DNA of 64,000 nt from Vermamoeba vermiformis. Lineage: Eukaryota. A model generated the notes under the pieces. The model ran no database searches, was not told where the DNA came from, and worked only from the letters and a program-made list of their open reading frames with translations. The translations under genes were made by a program, and so were the position numbers. Positions within the stretch are counted from its first letter, which is position 1. The number at the start of each line of letters is the position of its first letter. Below are positions 14,660-26,261 of the stretch, one piece after another. The stretch spans positions 1 to 64,000 of the forward strand of contig JBEWZL010000212.1 in NCBI GenBank assembly GCA_045837725.1. Direction: 5' to 3'.

Positions 14660-17600
14660 ATGGACAGATCCATAAGTCTTACTGAATCCGATTCTCTTTC
14701 TTCGAGGTAAGTGCGCTTTAAATATTGCGTCCGTTGTGCACGTTTTTGCGAATCCAATTTTCTGAACTAGTATGTTAGACTAAAAACGAACTGATTTCAT
14801 GCTCTGATTACAAAATATATCAGATAAATATTTTTTGATTAATACAGCAATTTGCTCTCGTAAAATCTTGCGTTCAAAACGGGATCTGCTGTCTGGTGTT
14901 GTCAGCAACTTAATGTTAATTTCAGCAACACCACGATATCACCAACGTATTTTTTATATGTCTACTAGTTCATATAATATCAAAATACTCGGAATATAAA
15001 TAATCAAAGTTTTAAAGTGCTAAGATTCTGTCTCAAATTAAACACTTATCAACAGAGCTGCCAGTCACAACCGACTATGGATTCAAGAGATCGTCTCGAG
15101 CATCGAAGTCAAACTGACGGAAGAGGAGATGGAGGCGATGGTTGAACGCGGTCGAAGATATGGTTTCAAGCAGATCCACCATATCGTGGATGTGGGTACC
15201 AGCTTTCAATTGGAGAACATGTTGCGTGTAGGAAAGAATTGGGTAGACGACCCTGACCGCATCGAACGAACTGCACTTCACTACGCTTGTCTGAGCGGCA
15301 AGCTAGAAATGGTCCAGATCTTGTTGCGAACTAGCGCCAATGTTGCTGCGCGAGATCGTGACGGAAGAACTCCGTTACATTTTGCTTGTTCGCGTGGTAA
15401 TATTGAAGTCGTTAAAGAGCTCCTGGGCGTTGGTAAGTCATTCTTTTTTTATTCCGAACTATAACTGGAAACAGTTTCTAATGACGACAATGCATTGATT
15501 GACAGGTGCCAATTTGAGCGCGGAAGATCGCGAAGGACTTTCATCACTTCATATTACAGTCGCATACGGACAAAATACACTATTGAAGTACCTCCTTGAC
15601 CAGACCTTGGTCCCGATGAACATTGAACAAACGACGCAAAAAACTGGTTTGCGACCGTTGCATGTTGCGATTGAAAGTAACAACTTGGAGGCGATAGAAC
15701 TGTTGCTGCAATACGGAGTTAACATCGAGGCCCCGACTTCTCAAGGAAAATCACCGTTGCATCTGGCTATCGAAAAGGATAACGTCGAGGCAGTCGTGAC
15801 TTTGTTGGAGAAAGGCGCGGATCCGGTCAAACCTTTCAACGGAAAAAAACCAATAGACATGGCTCTAGACGCGCAGAAGCAGAGCATTGTAACAGCACTG
15901 CGACAAAATGATCAGAAGAAACTTTATCCCGGCCACAGCTTGAAGAGTAGCAACAGTCCGAGACCTGAACGCAACGACAAGCCTGCAGCGATCAAGAACT
16001 TGGTGCTGCAAGGCGGCAGTGTCAAGTCAATCGCATATGTCGGTGCGTTGAAGGCACTAGAGAAGCACGGCGTGTCATTCGTGAAGGACATTGCACGCGT
16101 CGGAGGAACTTCCGCTGGATCAATTTTTGCTATGCTTATTGGTCTCGGCTACACGTGGGACGAATTGTTGCAAACACTGAAAGACCTCAATTTTGAGAAT
16201 CTACTGGACGGCAAGTTGAAGAACAAGCTACTCAAGATGAAAGACAAAAAACAGAACCAGATGCGCGTGTTCATCAACATTTTGAATGGAACGTTCAGTG
16301 AAATCTTCAAAGAGCTCCAATCCAAGTTTGGATTATTTGAAGGCGACAATTTATACAAGTTCCTATTGGAGAAGATTGAAGCCAAAGTGAAGTTATACTC
16401 CGATATACCCGCATCCGAAATTACTTTTGCGGATCTTCAAGCAATCAGAAACAAACACCCGAAGAGCTATTTTAAGGACATTTTTGTTATTGGCACCAAC
16501 TTGTCACTGCGAAGGACTGAAATATTTTCCCCGCTGCATACGCCCAATATGATCCTCGCTGACGCCGTGCGGATCTCATCGTCCATTCCCTTCGTGTTCG
16601 TGCCACATCGCAAGTATATCAAAAAGGACGGAAAAAGAATTCCTGATCCGGCCGGTCATCTTTACGTCGACGGTGGTGTCCTCGAGAATTACCCGATTTG
16701 GCTATTCGATCAGGCTCGATACATGGACCCGTACCGCACTGACAGCACCGCACCTGTCGTCAATCACGAGACTCTTGGACTGAGACTGGTGTCAGGCAAC
16801 AAGAAGACCAATTACGAGAAGTTACTTGGCCGCGGACAGCAAGTTGTCAGCGACGACAAGAGCGACAAGGACGTGACAATTGACTCGTTAATGAAGTTCA
16901 TCGTCAATTTCGCTGGCTGCTACAACAAACAGCAAGAGAACGTGCACTTGATCAACAATCACGACATGTCACGCACGGTCTATATTTATCACATGGACGT
17001 CAGTTTGATCAGTTTCAACCTCGGTGACGCGCAAAAAACAGCGTTAATGTTGTCAGGTGAAGTCGCAACCGACGATTACATGCGCAATAGAACTGCTAAG
17101 AAGAAAATGCACGTGCGTCTGAGTCGACTGGCCCTATTACACGATGAAATTTCAATCACAACTAGCGACAATATGCTCGATGATATATCACTAGAGTTGA
17201 GCAAATTGAAGAATATTTCACCCGTCAATTTGTACAAATATTTTATCGGCGCTACAAACGACGAGATCGAGTTTTTAAGGTACTGATTTTCACGTCCTAT
17301 GTTATCATTGCTAATTGATATTTTAGGACCATTCCTTTATGGAACTCACGAGACTCTGACGGCAATACAGCACTACACTTAGCGGTTTTGGCGTCTGATT
17401 ATTCGACCACGGATCTGATGCTCCAATCACGCGTCTTCAAGCAGCCAGCGGTACAAAACAACTTCAATCAAACCATCTTGGATTGTGCTATGAAAGTCAG
17501 CGAGCCTGCTAAATCTGATTTAATTCGTTTGGTGATTAGTGCAGGCGTGGTCTATTGTTTGCCCGAGAATAGATCTGCGGTCAGGCAGTCACTCGTTGAC

Positions 17601-17684
17601 AACGGATCTTTGGCCGCGACTCAACTGCAACGATTTGATTATTTCAATATCGAGGAAAGAGCTGAACAAAATCACTCAAAGTAA
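14660..17684 (+). CDS. Ankyrin-repeat patatin-like phospholipase
   Basis: About 5 N-terminal ankyrin repeats (TALHYA, TPLHFA, SSLHIT, RPLHVA, SPLHLA); patatin motifs NLVLQGGSVKS, GTSAG and YVDGG; an extra C-terminal ankyrin (GNTALHLA). First exon at 14660-14706 is inferred. Confidence 0.9.
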
Positions 17685-18855
17685 TTTGCCGTAATATTAA
17701 ATAAATAAATTGATGTATTGTAAGGATCTCGGTTGACATCTGTCATTGCATCAGGACTTAAAATAGGGCTGCTGAAACCGATGCAGAGCTGCTAACCATA
17801 TTAAATTAAAATAACGCAAACGAAAATCTCGGGTAAATCTCCAGTTGAAATGGAATCGAATCCAATTCTTAGCCAAGAAGATGATACAGTTTGTTAATAA
17901 GTGACTATTTACATAATGTACAGACGGAATTTACAATGAAAGATATTAATTACTTGCGAGCTCCTCTTTGTAACCTTGATCGGACTCGAAAAGCTACTTT
18001 CGGTGGATCAGGTCTTGTGAATTCTTTGTAAGTGATATCAATTAACCAAAATACTATCGAAAATGGCTGGAGAATTTCCAATGCTATACTTGATGCCTTC
18101 GATAAACCATTCTTCGTAGATTTAACCAAGTAGTTGTTAGTGAGCGATGCAGCAATCCTTTCGGCTACCATTGCGATAGTAATGCAAGTCAATACTGTAG
18201 TGCTAACGTTCAGTAGTCTGGAAGAGTGGCAAGCAGAAAGGTAAACGGACATCGTTCGAATCTGGCAACTCGATCGCGTTTTGTGGTGATGCTATTATTA
18301 ATAATAATGAATAATAAAACAAAAATTCTTATTTTAGCGTTCCTTTCCGATTACTTAATTCGTTCCGAATAGAATGCACGTGAACGTCAACAATTGACAT
18401 CAGATTAACGCCAGATTTAGCCATTACGAGATTAAATTTAATTACTCCGCAGCCTAAGGATTAGTACTCACATCATCCACTAAATAACTTACCAAATTTG
18501 AAGCTATATTAAACAGTTACGAGAGCAAAAATTGCGCAGCAGCCAATAACGATTCAATACTTGCCGATCGTTACAAGCGAATGAATCCGCATTATAATAA
18601 ATTGGAATGACCAAACTGGAGCTGGTAGCCTTCATTAATTAACGCATTGCTGCAGATCAGCATAGCAATCAATCGCGTTCGATAGCTAAGCGACGGTGTT
18701 ATTCACTTTATCGAAGGCATAATTGAAACCTACAAATAATTTCTGTTTGCCCACTGAAAAATCTGAACTTCCTTATTTGGCCCGCGAACCAGCGAGGTGC
18801 GTAAGTCTGCTAGAAATATTTTTTTTATCCAAACTTACGAGAAAGGCAGAGTACG

Positions 18856-20655
18856 ATGCTTCACTACGGTCGTATATTGCAGATAGCGATTTACCTTCTT
18901 GTTGGGCAAGCTATTGCCGGATTTGTCCCCGAATCCCATGTTGCGGAGTATCGAAACTTAACCAGCCCTATTGAATTGCCTAAACTCGGTGCATTTGTAT
19001 TTCCTGAACCTTATAATACTATGGCAAGCAGAATAACGAACCCTTTAGACTACGATTCTAACTATTGTAAGTTCGTAAAAATATTTTAAAATTATATCTA
19101 ATTATAAACAACTAGTTATTAGCCCCGATGTATTTCTATCAAGCAATCGACCAATCACCAATAACCACGCCCAAAGCAATGTGATGTACGTTTTGTACTC
19201 AATTTTCGAAGGCAAGATCGGCGGCAATTACTATTTGTACCTCGCCAAGGTGAATAAGAAGACCTTATCCTTGATCTGGATGAAAGATCTTGGTCGAATC
19301 AGTACTGCCCGAGAATACTACTTCAGCTTCACCGATCCATGGAAATTCTATTACTTTGACGGAAAAGCACTTGTAAGTGCCACGCAATCGCAATTCTTTT
19401 CCAGTACAAAAGTTTAATTGTTGTTCGTAGCTATCTGGAAGCATAGAAAATGAAGTTTTCTCCTCTGGCAAAGTTGAATTTGCCCCACCTGATTCAGATC
19501 CGTGGCCCCAAAAAGTGTACTTCCGTGCCCCAAGCACATCAGCCAATGATCAAGTTCATGCAATAGAAGTATACGTCCCCAATGGCATCCAACCAAAATA
19601 CGTGGGTTGTTACATACAGCAAGCAGGTGTCATCAAGAGATACCAACTTGCAAATGACTCCTTCATCTTCTCTTGCACTGTTGACAAATCAGGAGGTAAG
19701 GTTCATCCATTCAGTTACTAACTGAAACTAACCCTTCATATTCTAGAGTATGTTGTGATGCGTGGCCATCAGCAATTCACACTCATTAAGGTTGATGACA
19801 TGTCTGAAAGCACAATCGACATAGGTGACCAGATTGTGAGGGCCTACACTGTGGGGTACCGTGCCTTAGTCTATCAACAACAGTAAGATGCTGCCCATGT
19901 GAAATCAGATTACCATCCATTGCTGACACTGTCCTAGGAATTCCTCATTTGGCATGTCATCCTGGTATTCCTATTATGCTGTTGATTTCAATGACAAACA
20001 GCCCAACCTGGTGTATCAAACAGAGTTTGAGGTTGGCCCATGTATGTATACTTGTGCATTTCCATGACTATTTGTGGCTGACCTTCACAGTTCAACAAGC
20101 TGCATCTGATGCAGAGACATACTTGTCTTGGAATCATGCAGTCGACAGGCCAATGGCGGATCAGGCAGTGTGCAGACTCCTTTCTAAAGGCTCCATTCCA
20201 TACTCTTCTGTCAATGAGATAGGTTGTTTCAAGTAAGTGTCCTTATTTTGACATTTGACCTAGTAAATAGTCTGACTTCATGCTGCAGACTTGATGGAAG
20301 TCAACAATTCTTGGCAGTGGCTCCTGTATACTCAACCATGTATGATGCAAAGTATGCACAGAACATGGTCACTGACCAGACTGGTCAATTTGTGTTGTGG
20401 AATGCCATTCGTTTTCGAGATACACCTGAGGACCTTTACAGGTCCAATGCCTTCATTGCTACTGTTGGTGAAATAACTGCAGTGAGCCCTCTGGACCAAC
20501 CTCAAGCTCCAAGTGGTGGACCAAGTATTGGCAACATCCCTGACTGGGCCTGGGCTGTGGGTGTCATACTGTTTGTGGTCATCATTGGTGCTTGGGTTGG
20601 CTTGGCTATTTGGATCACAAGGGTCAAATTTAGAATTAGAGACAGACAACGTTAA
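18856..20655 (+). CDS. Uncharacterised type I membrane protein, multi-exon
   Basis: Signal-peptide-like N-terminus, beta-rich ectodomain over several exons, Pro-rich stalk, TM WAWAVGVILFVVIIGAWVGLAIWI and a short basic tail. Confidence 0.75.
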
Positions 20656-20670
20656 GTAAAGAGTGTGTTT

Positions 20671-22576
20671 TTAATTGCCTACTGATACACCAAGTTGCTG
20701 CATATTGACTGATGTGTCGTCATGGAAGCCGGTGATGGCTTCATACTCACGTTTCTTGCGCCAATAAAACAGTCCAAAGAAGGTAGCTCCAATGGCCAGA
20801 GCCAAGGCTACTGCAATTGTTGTGACAAGGTAACTGTAGTCTGAGCCAGGGGGTTCAGTGACTCCTGATGTAGGTGTGGCAATGGGGCCTGATGTGGGTG
20901 CTGCAATGGGCTCAGTTTCCTCAGGTAAGGGGGCTGCAGGATCCACAGGAGCTGGTGGTATTGTAATGTTGAAACTTGAACGTTGCCATTGACAGACCTG
21001 CTTTTGTTGTGCAACAGTAGCAAAGAATGTGTCATAACAAGTTGAGTCCCCGCTGCAACAATTTGGTGTGGAATAAGTTGGTGTGGGGCCATCACATGTT
21101 AATCCCTCAAAGGCTAACCATTGTTAGCTTCTCAATGAGTAAATGATAGTTATCTTACTAGTGCCTGTGTGGCAGGAATAGCAACAATAGAAGTCTAGCA
21201 GCTCTGACTTGCAGTATTCATGAATACAACTGTTTTCTGGTCTCCACTCAATCCAGCCATAAGCAGAATAAAATGGTGGGTAACATCTGTTTTGTTGACC
21301 ACACTGTGCCAACTGCTCCCATTTTTTCTGGCACACCTGTTCAACTTGCACCGCTAGACAAGATGTTCCTTCGTTTCTGTCAACAACGGATCTGTCAGTC
21401 AGTGCTCACTACTAACAGGAATTATCATTACCCATTGCAGCCACATGTCTGCAAAGGCCACCGACAATAGCTGTTGTCACGACAGTTGGTAGGTCCGTCA
21501 AATGGCAGCGTGCAGTGACCGACTTGATTGTTGGAGTCAACTGAATACTAGGTCATTACTAATTCACGATTGTCACTCCCAAGTGCTTACCGTTGTAGTT
21601 GTAATACGTGTGATTGCACACGAGTGGAATTTGACACTGCGACGGCCCGTCACAACGACCGCCGAATGGTACACTGAAGAATGGAGTGCACTTGCCTAGC
21701 CAGACAATTAGCACCTGAACTGACACGTCGTGAACTGTTTGATTGCACTTACTGGCACTACAACTGAGCCAGGGGTTGATGCACGGATATTTTGTTGAGG
21801 GACTGGTACATCTGTCGCCGACTGACTTGGCTGGGACACACTTCATATTTGGCGTGTTATCATAGTTGCAATAAGTCCAATTCGAATCTAGCGGGTCACA
21901 TATCTCATACGGACTACGAGAATTGGCGTTAAAACGATTTTTTAAATTTAAAATAATAATAATAAAACGAATTATTCTAAAAACACGTACTTATAAAGGC
22001 AGGTAGAATTACTACTCTCTGGACTCAGTGTATTGGCGCCGAGCAGGCATCGTTTAGTGCTAGTGAGTTCGTCGTCCAGACACTTTAAATGGGTTCCGTC
22101 ACATTGCGCATCTGCTACGCATTTGTCCATGTGGCCCGCTTTCGTCATACACTTAAAATAATATTAGTAATAATTAGGAGACGTTAAAATAATTACTAAC
22201 GTCGTTAAAGTGGTGGACAAATAATATTTTGAGAGGATCTGATCCGTACCTGGTTATTTACGCACACAAAATTCGAATAGCAATCTCCGTCAGTACTACA
22301 TGAGCACCCTATTTGTCCTTTAGTCTGATAACAATTCCTCGAGCAAATTCCACCAAGACAGCACAATCCGGGTTTACATCCAGTACTACACGAGCAAGCA
22401 GCACCTTCCTCTCCGCTCGCAACATAGGCAGTACAAACACCATTGCAGCACAGTCCGAAGGTGCACGGATTGTTAGCATCGCATGCGGAGTTTGCGCAAC
22501 TTGTACCGCAATTAACGTACGGCGACGATTGCAAAATAATAATAGCGCTCAATATAAATAATACTATTGTGTTCAT
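20671..22576 (-). CDS. Cysteine-rich repeat type I membrane protein, multi-exon
   Basis: Signal peptide MNTIVLFILSAIIIL, many short Cys-rich modules (G.xC..xxxC..GLCC..GxC), P/T stalk, TM LVTTIAVALALAIGATFFGLFYW, tail with YEAI. Confidence 0.85.
20864..20911 (-). repeat. 24-bp tandem duplication (PIAAPTSG/PIATPTSG) in stalk
   Basis: cctgatgtaggtgtggcaatgggg followed by cctgatgtgggtgctgcaatgggc. Confidence 0.8.
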
Positions 22577-22928
22577 AGTGGATCTTAGGCGCTCTGTACA
22601 GTTTAATGTAAGAATTTGCGAATCGAACAGTAAATTTACGCACTTACCAAATTTAGAATTTGAGTTTTCTTCCCGCGGTATGAAGCACGACTATAATTTA
22701 GAGGAAGCACTGGATAACACGTTAGCATAAGAATATTATTCTAAGTACCTAGTTGCACGAGCGGATGAAAATTTTGTGGTGCGTGATCTCCGGATAATAA
22801 TTTCCAGTTCAATAGGAACATTCAATTATCGTCCACCAGTTTATACGAAATTTAAACATAATTTTTTCTTGAACGCAGTTATTGAGAACGGCAACGGAGA
22901 CTCACTTTAAAATATTATTAGCGCCAGT

Positions 22929-25881
22929 TCAGTCTATTTTCGCTCGCAAGAACTGACAAAGTTCGTCCATCGTCTAAAAGAAAAGGTTTCAATTATTAAT
23001 GATCCGTCATATTAAATACGCAGCTACAATGACTTACAGGACGATCTTTGGGCTCTGCTTTGAGACACTTGTGGATCACTTCAACGAGTGCTGGATCTCC
23101 ATCTGATGGTATTTCAGGTGTTGCTGCTTGATCACGAATCTTTACAGCAATACTCAACTGATCTTCGTTGACGTGTGGTTCTGTTCTTGAAATGATTTCG
23201 TTCACTGAAATGTAATTGTTAGGTCGTTGCGCGATACAAAAGTGTTAAAACAACGTACCAACGATGCCGTAGGTCCAAACGTCTGATTTCACACTGTATG
23301 ACCGATCACGAAGACTTTCAGGAGCCTAATCAAAGTTTAAGTCAGCTACGCAAAGTACAGCACTCGAACCCTCTCTACGTACCATCCACCGAATAGGACC
23401 AAAACTCGTTTTCGTTTGACCTTTTGATCCTTCATCTTTGACGATGCGAGACATGCCAAAGTCACTGATCTTTGGTTGTTGGTCGTTTGTCAGCTGCGAG
23501 GAGAAACGAGGGTTAGGGTTTGATCGGGAAATCACGATGGTACAAAGAATGACTTACGAGAATGTTTCGTGCAGCAAGATCACGATGAACAATGTTGTTG
23601 TTGTGAAGATGAAGAAGACCGTAAGCGATCTTCATTGCAAACTCACGTTGTTTGGCGACATCGAGTTCCACTGTGCTGTCGTAGAGTAGTTGGTCGAGAC
23701 TTCCACCACCACAGTACTCGAGCACAATGCACGGATTGGGTCCATCGAGACTCACTCCAAAGGTCTGAACGAGGTTTGGGTGTGGTGCAATACCACTGTG
23801 AAGAGTTGCTTGGTAGTCCAACGAAGGCGAGCGTCAAACAGTGTTCTACTTACAGCGTTAGTTTGGCTTCAGCAAGGAATCCATCGACATCAGTGATTTG
23901 ATTGTTCACTTTGATCGCCACTTTTGCTCCTCGCCATTCACTGTTTGTGACACGTGTCAGTTCTGCATTCGTCGTACACGTACTTTTACATACCCCAAGA
24001 AGACTTTGCCATAGCTGCCAGCACCGATCTCTTTGATGAACACAAGACTCTTGTAAGGAATGTGCAATCGTTTGTCGATCTCTGGAAGCTCAATCGCTGC
24101 TGATGCAGTGGTGAAGCTGTCGTTGGTGACATTGCCCAGTGACGTGTAAGTGGTCTTGTTTGTGGTGTTGTTCGATGGCAGGTTCTGATACACACCGGGG
24201 GCAGTTGCTAGTATTGACGGAGGGTTGTTAATGTCATTAACGGGATTGGAGACAGCCTTGTCCTGCGTCTTCTTGTTCCTTCGTCGCAGCAAGAACACAA
24301 GAAGAAATGCACCTGCACCAAGGACGGCCACTGGAACTGCGATACCGACCCCAAGGGCCACTGCATCGACACTTGGAGGTGTGCTGCCATCACTTTTGGG
24401 TCCTTCAACGTTCGAAGAGGGTGATTGTGAGCCAGGGTTAGTTGTTCCGTTCGGAGGATTCACTGGCGAACTTTCAGGCGTGCTCGGTGGTGTATTTGAA
24501 GTCGGATTGCTAGCTGGTGAATACATTGGTGTAGAGCTCGGTGTTGTGCTCGCAACAGGTGACGCAATGCAGCTCGACTGAAACGACCACGAAAAGAAGT
24601 CGATAAAGACCCCAGTAGTATTGGACACAATAACTGACGTTATCTTTTGTGTCGTTGCCATATGAATGGCAGTAAATACGTTCGTCTGTGTGCTCGCATA
24701 GCCTCCGTTGTTTCTTTCCAGGGTCGTCACATCCACCAAGGTGAGGAAGTACTTCGTTTGCGTGGCAATAACGTACGCCAAATTGTCGCAATCTACGAAT
24801 GATATAGCAGCCATAGTAGGTGTGAAAGGAGTGCTGACAACTTGCGTTATTGAAGAGTCGTTGCGGCTGAAGACGCATTCAAGTTGCTGCAACGAATAAG
24901 AATTACAAATTTAATATTAAATCAAACGAGAGACTTACCAAAGTAACTGTACAGACCACCCAATTAGTAGGAGAATACACGGCAATCGATATTGAAGTTG
25001 GTTTTGCCATCGTAGTGTAATCTCCGAACTTGGTGCCTGCGCTACCGGCCAGAATTCCAATGTATAAATTACCCGAGCCATAAGCAACTCCAGCTACTAG
25101 TACGGTTGACGCTAATAATCATATTAGTCCTCGGTGTAAGTATGAAATTTTCATAGAGATCTGAAATCCACCGGTGCACTCCACAAACCTAACGCTTACC
25201 TGATAATCTCCTTGTTTCAAAGTGTTCCATGAATGAGATGTTAAATGGCGGGATTTGAGTCCCCTCACGAAGCACGACGTTAAATCCAGCAGATTCGGTG
25301 TTCGACACTCCAATAGCGTCATACGTCTCGCTAGTCGAAGTATAATTCTTTAAAGATGAGCCAGATATATGCCAGAATTTAGTCTATTAAACGTTAATTT
25401 CTGCGCTACTGTATCGAAAAATATTTGAATCGATGTGCCTCAGCTTAGAGAACAGTATTCGGGTTATAAATATGACTTACATCCATGGCAACTATATTAC
25501 ATTCTGTTGTTCCATCCACAACGTCGATGTCTTTATACGTTTGAAAGGGTGGCGGATTCAGTATTCCTTTGATGATTGGAGCTCCGGTGAAGTTGTAATA
25601 ATATCTTGCAAAACCAGTGTAGTTCGTTGATTGTAGCCATATAGAGCAGAACTCTAAACCCGATGATGCGGCCGGATAAGACTCGATCCGCAACTTTGTG
25701 GGAGAAGTGGCGTTGAGAGCAAGTATGCTATAATCCAGCTTCGGATTAACGACTGAAATAAAGAAATAATTAATTCGAGTGTTCACTATAATATCTGTTT
25801 ACCTCCAAGTGCCATAGAAGAAGAGATCTGATCTAAAAGCGCAACGGATGCCAACACAAGTAACGCTGCATTTTTGTTCAT
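22929..25881 (-). CDS. Receptor tyrosine-kinase-like protein, tandem copy 1 (RK1)
   Basis: Signal peptide, beta-rich ectodomain, S/T/P stalk, TM, GAGSYGKV, VAIK, HRDLAARN (tyrosine-kinase-type catalytic loop), DFG, GPIRWMAPE, DVWTYG. Confidence 0.92.
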
Positions 25882-26261
25882 GACGGTTGATTGCACGTAC
25901 TTTGGTTATTCAAAAATGAATAATCATGTTTCCGTTGCGTATGATCTTATCACTTTTGACATTAAATGACACTTTGACACCTAAACAAACTCCTAAAACG
26001 ACAATTTTTCGGTTAATTCACTAACAAGAATCGATTTGAATAAATCCGATGCAATAAGGTCCTTAATCGTGCATACTAGATTTATGTAATGTCAGCAAAG
26101 TATGAGAATTTCAAAGTGTTTTTACCTTTTGATTCAGTTCGGCGAGGAGATGTAGTACCTATGACGTACTTAACAGTCGTGATAGCTATTGAATTATATA
26201 CATATTTTATATTGGCGACTACTGTTGCTAATCACTTAATCGAGGGACGGCGAATCACAGT

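Noticed and set aside
17950-18252. 100-aa minus-strand ORF
   Set aside because: No recognisable motif or splice support; it may be a small orphan but cannot be supported.
25380-25480. In-frame TAA TAG in the RK1 ectodomain
   Set aside because: They lie at the intron end; the acceptor AATAG matches the RK2 position, so the gene is intact.
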